NCBI RefSeq assembly: GCF_009914755.1
Contig: NC_060927.1
DNA from: the human T2T-CHM13v2.0 reference genome, Homo sapiens
DNA length: 64,000 bases
Reading direction: 5' to 3' (one strand)
Positions 55,202-64,000 of this stretch are shown one piece after another. A model generated the notes under the pieces. The model was not told the DNA's origin, did not search any database, and worked only from the letters and a program-made list of their open reading frames with translations. Both the position numbers and the translations under genes were made by a program. Each line of letters starts with the position of its first letter. The first letter of the stretch is position 1.

Positions 55202-58029
55202 GTGATTCTTGCCATTGGAAGTTCTATAGTAGATTTTGGTCAGAAGTACTAAGGTTGTGAGCATAATTATCAAAATAAAATTTATGTATGCTGAAGTTGA
55301 CAGCTGAATTACAAAGAATATTTCTCCGTTATAGTTAATTTGTGTTATTTCTTCCTTTCATAAAATAATAATAATGCTTGTATTAAAATTTCTGCTACCC
55401 CCATGCCAGCAGAAAGGAGCTCAATTTTTAAAATAAAGCCTCGGGCCATGAGACCCATGTCATTTGCTGCATGTCTAGACTTCTAGATTATGCATTTGTG
55501 CCCCAGTTAAGCAAAAGCTCCGTATTGTTATTTCATGTACATGTTTAAATAACTTTAATAGCAGCCTTTGGAGTGGCTCATTTTAAAAGTCCCTTTTAGT
55601 CTCCTACCTGCTATTTTTCACTAGCCCATTGAGTAGAGGGGTTTTTCATGCTACCCACATAAAAATATGCAAATATTTATAAGCTTAGGTCCATCAAACT
55701 AGTTAATTTGGACCTAAATATGAATTTTGATCAAGGCTGCTTGCAAATTCACATTTTGGGCTTACTTTCAGATTTCAGATATATAGAAAAACTCAAAGAA
55801 AATGAATAAAGCCTTTCAGTGCTCCAAAGATTTGTTTAAAAGGAACAGCCACTAAAAACGGGAAAACAATACAGTGTTATGGGAAGTAAGAACCTTATGA
55901 TAGCCGTGTCTCTTAAACAGAGCTTTATAAAGAGGAACTGATGTGGTTTTACTATGTCTATGCAAGGGATTTGACCGTAAAGCCATAAGTTAGAGAAATT
56001 GTCACTTACGTATAAACATGAGGATATGGATATTACAGATCAACCTCACTTTTTCCACTTATTTGTGTTCCGAAAACTGAATATTTATAAATCAAATCAT
56101 AGTTTTCACTTGGTTCATATTATCATCTCAGAGCTGTAGCTTCTTTTTCACTTGCGTAGGTGGAATTTGGTTGCTAAAATACCTATCCCCAATCAGTCCC
56201 AGCCTTGCATCAAGTTAGGGAATTATAAATGAAGTAGCCACTATGTAAAGGTAATGTAATGAATCCAAAAATTATCTTATAATGCAGAAACTCATTCTCT
56301 GTCCATGTCTTTAGCTTCAGATTTTTCTGTCATTTGTTGAATTGTGGCGCACTTTTAAATATGTATGTATGGTACAGATCTCTGCTGAATCTCCTAAACT
56401 AAGCCGTATCCCCTAAAGTGGTGGTTTCCAGCCCAGGCTGCTCAATAGAATCACAAGAGAAACAGTCCTGATCAGTTGAATTAGAATCCCTGGATATGGA
56501 ATTGTTTTAAAAGTATCTAAGGTGATTATACCGTACAACCAACCTGAAGTTTGCCAGAAGAGAACATTAATATTTTAGAACAGCTTATTATTGTAGATAG
56601 TGTGATTATAAACTAGTTAAAATGTTTCACACTAAGAGGACTGATGTTTTATATCTTCCCTTCTCCTTAAGGAATTCATTTCTTTCTGCTTCCTCATGTA
56701 GGGAAAAATGACTGACTTTTACTATAATAGCAGGGTCTTTTTATACAAATGTTGCCCATTTGGGACTATGCTTTCTCCAAGTGCTTGTAATTTCTCAAAA
56801 CCATACATCAATCCAAAGTTCCTTTGCTTTTTTATCTCAGAAGCAAAAATATCCCCATTTCTTCCTCTCTTATCAACCAAGACCCCTCTGTGTTCCTCTT
56901 TCATCCTTCATCTCAGCATAGCTCTAAGATGCAGGCAAATAACATCCTCAAGCTTACAGGCTTTCCGTCTCTCATGAGGGAATGAAGTGCCTTTCCTCCA
57001 ACTGAAATGTTTCTGAAGTACTCTTCAGCCACTGCAGTGTTCTGTCATTTTTGTCTGTCATCTGGGAATCAGAGCTATGCACGTGGATGATGACCCCCTC
57101 CTAAGTGGCCAAATAAAAGAAGTTACATATGTCTTTTATTCACTCTGTGTTTCTCTGGAGACCTCGACTAGCAGGAAAAGAGGTGGTTACATTTTCATGA
57201 AGAGTAATATACTCCCAAGTTGCATTTTAATGGATAACTTAGCTCTGGGTTAGATTCTTCAGCATAAAGGTCACCACTTTTAATATAGAGGGTCATGAGT
57301 TTAGTCATTGGACAAGTTAATCAAATGGCTGCTGTAGTTGAAAAGTACATCTGCATTTGAATAAAATATGATTCGTGTTAGAGAGCTAAACTTGATGTTT
57401 GGTTTCCTCCAGGTAATAAAATAGCTTTTAATGAAATAAACATGTATCTTTCTGCAGCGAACCTGCATAAAGAGCATAGAACAGTTGCGTTTCCTTTCTG
57501 GCAGTGGTAGAGAGTCTTTGACCTGCCATGGGCTGCTTTATTTTATTCAGTCTCAAATAGTTAACCTATTGAGCTGATTAGAAAACAACTAGAAGTCATT
57601 CAGTACCACAGAAGAAAGGGACAGAAAAGCCACGAAGTTAGTTGTACTTGTTTGGACATCAATATCATTGATTATATCATTCCAAGTATTACTACTGAGA
57701 AATGTCTTGGAATCAGCTGACCCCCTCTAGTTCTAATACCATAAAGGGGGAAAAAAAATCCAGGTTCTACTCTTATCTGTGCTTTCTCACTTATAACAGT
57801 ACCTAACTCCTAGTTGATACTCAAATACTTTTTTTACAATTTGTTTTAGCCCTAAGCCTGTTTACCCAAATCAAATACCTTTTTAAGAAAAATTAAACTG
57901 GTATTTATTACCCACCAGGCTAACGTCCAAAATATGTGCCTTCCTATGAATCATTGCAGCAATTTAGTGTAGAGCCTCTTTAAATTTTTGATAAAAATCA
58001 TTGGAGAGTTGGGAGCAATGGCTAACCCA

Positions 58030-59460
<1,431 letters not shown>

Positions 59461-61124
59461 TAACTATAATTTTTTTAAACTACTTTTGTAGGTTTTTAAA
59501 GTGAAATTTGGGAGCTTGCTGGGATGGAAAAGGCAGTGAAACAGAGAAGTTATCATTATATGTGTCCCTTGGACATCCCTTACCTAAACCAAAAGCTTAA
59601 ATTGATACAGAAAAAAATAGTTTCATTTCAGAAGTTAATATAGGTTTTCAGTGTAACGCTCAGACATTATGGAATACAGATACCTAGATCCCCCAAAACT
59701 ACAAATAATGCAAATGAGTAAGTTATTATTGTCAGAGGAAATATATGAAGATATAGCTAATATATGGATAACTAAATTATTCATTTTCTGATTGAAATTA
59801 ACTTTTAAAACCTGAATCATTTCAAAATCTTTATATTTGTAGGAAATGAATATTCTGCACATTAATAATTCATAATAAATTGCTGAGAAAACGATTACAT
59901 TTTCAAAAGTGTCAAAGCACACCAGTTTCCTCAGTCTTACAGAGACATCAAGTTCTTGCACTTTCTCTCCTTCTCTGCAGTTTTCTCTCTCTTCTTTTTC
60001 TCCTCATCACTCCCTTGAGTCTCCCATTTTTCTTGCTAATCCTGACATATTTTCTTGTCCTTGTGCCTTGTAATTTCTTTTTCTTCATATTTTTGTCTCT
60101 CTTCTCTATCTGCCCCACTTTTTTGTATCTTTTAATTCACTACAATATGAAACCAGTTTCTTTCTCTGGGTAGTATTTATTTAGTGAGCTTTTTTTTCCT
60201 TTTTGTGATGTAAATGTTTGTTTTTTGTTATGTTTATTTTTTGTCCTTCTGACTCAGAAATTTTTCAGAAGCACTAAGTAAGTCACTGTTTGCATGTACT
60301 TGAATCAATCATGGTTTACACTCTCCAGAGAGAAAGTATCCTTTGATGAAATAAGGACATTACCCACCTCTGCTCTGTAAGGCACCAGTATTAGAAGGCA
60401 TCAGTGAGGATCATTTTATCCATTTCCCTACCAGTAAAGTATCCAAGAGTAAAAGTTATATAATATAGTTAACATGAAGTGTCTAGACATAGCTACTTTG
60501 CTAATACATTCCAACGTCTAGCTCTTGTTTTCAGTGGCTTAAAGATATGTAGTAATCTTATTGATCTGCTTTCCAATTTTTCTGGCTGTATTTGCCCTAC
60601 AGGAAGTATTTTATTATTTAGAGTTCAGTTGCATTTTCTATTACTACACGCATATCCACAAGCAAAACCATCCAGAGAGATTTACTTGGTTTTCCTGTTC
60701 TTTCCTACTCAACAATGCTAGCTAATACTCTTCAAAATTAAATATTCTTTGTTTTTACTAACTTTATGCAAGTAATGGATTAACTGAATTTAAAGCCCTA
60801 AAGAGTAGATGGAGATGAAGATATGAAGATTTTTCTGCATCCACCTATAAGTCAAAGCCTCATGTCAAGCAAAAAGGATAGGAAGCAGAAACATTTCTAA
60901 AACTGAACAATTTAACAGACTAGAACTAAACATTTCCCATTATGGTTCTTTATATGATATTTGATAACTGAATCACTTTACTGATGTCTTACATTGAGTG
61001 AAAAGGTAGTATAATATAAATACAAATTTCATAGGCATTTGTATGAAGTAAGAATTCATTGCTCGTTAATAATCTGGAAAAGAAGACACCCGTGGCTAAT
61101 TGAGGAAGATTTAGTCAGGCTTTT

Positions 61125-61275
61125 TAAGTAGAATGTCATATTAGGAACAACTGGATTCTAGTCTCCATTTTTGCCACCTACTAGTTCAGTGACCTGGAGC
61201 AAGTCTTGTCTTCCGTTTCCTAGGCTGTGAACTGTAGGAATTGACTCAGATGATCTCTAAGACCTCCTCTAGTAC
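61125..61275 (+). mobile_element. MIR3 fragment
   Basis: ctggattctagtctcc...gtgacctggagcaagtc...ttgactcagatgatctctaagacctcctctagt. Confidence 0.65.
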
Positions 61276-62331
61276 TGAACAAAATTGGTGGGAGGAAATA
61301 GTACACTCATCTTCCCTACTCCCCCGCAACTGCAAAGCCAGCTAGCTTTTCTCCTGATAGGAGTGCGTGGAGCCACAGAAAACTTCACTGATGTTTATCT
61401 CAAAGCTCATTGCTTCACTGTCTGCAGCTGATCCTTCTGAGCTCCTTCCATGGAGGGCTTGTTCCAAGGGCAGTCCCTCCCTAAACTATGAAGCACTCTA
61501 TGAATGCCCCTTCTAGTAAGGCCCCAGGCACCTTTGTCCACATGGGTCCATTGTGCAGCTGTTTGCTATTGTTTTCTTCAAGATTCAAATTTAACTGTCC
61601 CGATCTTCTGAGTCTTTAAGATAGTCAAGGGAACATTAGCTCACTGAAAATAATTGAAAACACCTTTTGGAAAAGTGCAGCTGGGAATGCAAGCATGGGA
61701 TTCAATCATGCTGGTCGTGATTTTTCAGGGAAGAGATTATTCCTCTACCTTATAACATTTTCTAAGAAATTTAGAGAAAGCAATTCCACCTCTGATTTTC
61801 TGAGTCATAGTCTTTGAGAGCAAAACCAGGCGACAGAGATGCATGACTTGCCCAGGGCCTCCCAGTGGTAGGTTATGAAACTGTTCTGCAATCCCCTGCC
61901 TGGGCTCTTTCTCTGCAACACTAGCCTCTGCCTTTCCAAAGCCTTCCTGGTGTTGCAGTCGTGTTCTCTGTAGCATTTCCCATTGCCTTTGACCCTGAGT
62001 CACTCCTATCATGAAATAAGGCTGTATTTAATTAGGACACCCAAATGCTCAGGAAAACCTCTCCATCAGAACTGCACAACTTGTCTGATCACCACTGTCC
62101 TAGGAGCTCTCTGCAGGTATGCCAGTGCTGACAGGCTGACTGGCCTCAGGAATATGGTATCTCCTATCCTCCCTAGAGCTTGCCTGCTTCATTCCATCCC
62201 ATGTAGTCTAAAGTATATTTTAAGAAAACTTGAAATGAGTGCAGAGGTTAAACATTTCAAAGTAGCTTGGGATTACAAGTAATTTTAACCCAAGGTCATT
62301 TGGAAAATGTCATTCCTGAAACCCTACCTTA

Positions 62332-62750
<419 letters not shown>

Positions 62751-63216
62751 TCATGTTTTGTAAGGGAAGAAGAAGTGTAAGAAATTAGGTAACAAGAGCA
62801 GCCAGTTTTAAAGATGCATGCTGATAAATGCTTTGCAGCACAAGCCTTCTACCCTGTTCCCAGCCATAAGCATCATAAGTTATTCTGTCACCAGAAGTGT
62901 AGCCATGTTCTAACTTACGTGCCTGACTTACATTACAAAAGTATAACTAGCTTCTCAATTTCCCACATAATCTTTTTATCTGCAGCCACTTGAGTATCCC
63001 AAATTCCTGTTTCTGCCATCTCTGACAAGAATAAAAATAATGGAAAACTAACCATTTTCTACCAGTATCATTAGTCAGAGTAAAATCCTTTTTCTAGACA
63101 TATTTCCAATATTTTCCTTAAGACAGGATTATTTGCTCAGCGTCTCCTCTCGTGATTCACAGGTACATTGTTCCGATTCCACGTTGGGCCTGAGTAAATA
63201 TTAATTGAAACTGTAA

Positions 63217-64000
63217 AGGCAGTATATAACATGGTGGTTAAGAACTCAGGTTCTAGGGTCAGATTTCTCAGGTTAGAATCTTAACGCTGATCTTTACCAG
63301 CTATCTGTCCTAGGGCAAGTTGCTTGATCTCTCTGGACCTTATTTGTGCCACATATGTAAAATGGGGTTGCGGATATTAATATCTATTTCATAGGGCTAT
63401 TATGAGCAGTGGTCCTTAAAAATGTACTCTGTAAAGAATTTAGAAAAAATGCATACTTCCTCACACATTTTTAAGTTGGATCTAAAACTTTTTATCATGG
63501 CTTTCAAAGTTTATTTTTGTTAAATAGGAGGTAGAAAAGAGTAAATATTCTATAACAGTATTAAATAAGAATTGATTGTGATTGGAAATAGTTGACATGC
63601 TGGCTAAAGATGTCCTGATGAAAGCATGTGTCCCTGAAACCAGTAGATTTCCCGTCATAGCATATTTTGGATTCCAGGAGTCTGTTTACCCCAAAGACAA
63701 TGGTATACAAGATAATGAACTGTAATAAGATTTGTTTTGAGTGAGAAGTTTGGCTTTTTTTTAACATGGAAAAGCCAATATGAATGTAGTTGGATTCTCA
63801 GGCAGCTGAAAAATAAAGTACAAATGGAAGTTAAGGTCTAAAGACAAATTTCCTTAAAATACCCTTGCATGTGTATATCTTGTATTTGCATGCCCAGTAC
63901 ACATACCCCAGTTGGAAGGCCACTAGTTATGAGGGTTAAATGAGTCAATGCATGTTAAGCTCCTAGAATAACGCCTGGTATCTAGTATGCACTGAGCAAA
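63217..64000 (+). mobile_element. MIR split by a MER113-like insertion
   Basis: ggcagtatataacatggtggttaagaac...gggcaagttgcttgatctctctg...atagggctattatgag; resumes ggttaaatgagtcaatgcatgttaagctcctagaataacgcctgg. Confidence 0.85.
63407..63925. mobile_element. MER113-like hAT-Charlie element (~520 bp)
   Basis: TIRs cagtggtcctt ... gaaggccacta; 8-bp TSD attatgag/gttatgag; internal cacatttttaagttggatctaaaactttttatcat. Confidence 0.75.

Overview
AT-rich, CpG-poor mammalian non-coding DNA, almost certainly human: an AluYa5 carries all five diagnostic bases and there is an L1PA3-like insertion. I find no protein-coding exon, RNA gene, CpG island or processed pseudogene. The ORF track consists of Alu-derived or apparently random ORFs. 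The window holds 15 dimeric Alus and 4 FLAM monomers, L1PA/L1M, L2, MIR, CR1/L3 and L4-like fragments, a MamSINE1, two MLT1 LTRs, hAT elements (MER5, MER20, MER30, MER58, MER102, MER113) and a Tigger2a, several of them nested. These alternate with 1.5-3 kb repeat-poor blocks containing enhancer-type motifs and one strong CTCF motif. Repeat orientation weakly suggests a long intron of a + strand gene that I cannot name. I see no evidence of a new multi-gene system. The most unusual structure is a ~93-bp, ~89%-identical inverted duplication of non-Alu sequence (20722-20814 / 21520-21611) enclosing ~700 bp. Repeat subfamily names come from recalled consensus sequences, not a RepeatMasker run, and boundaries of old elements are approximate.
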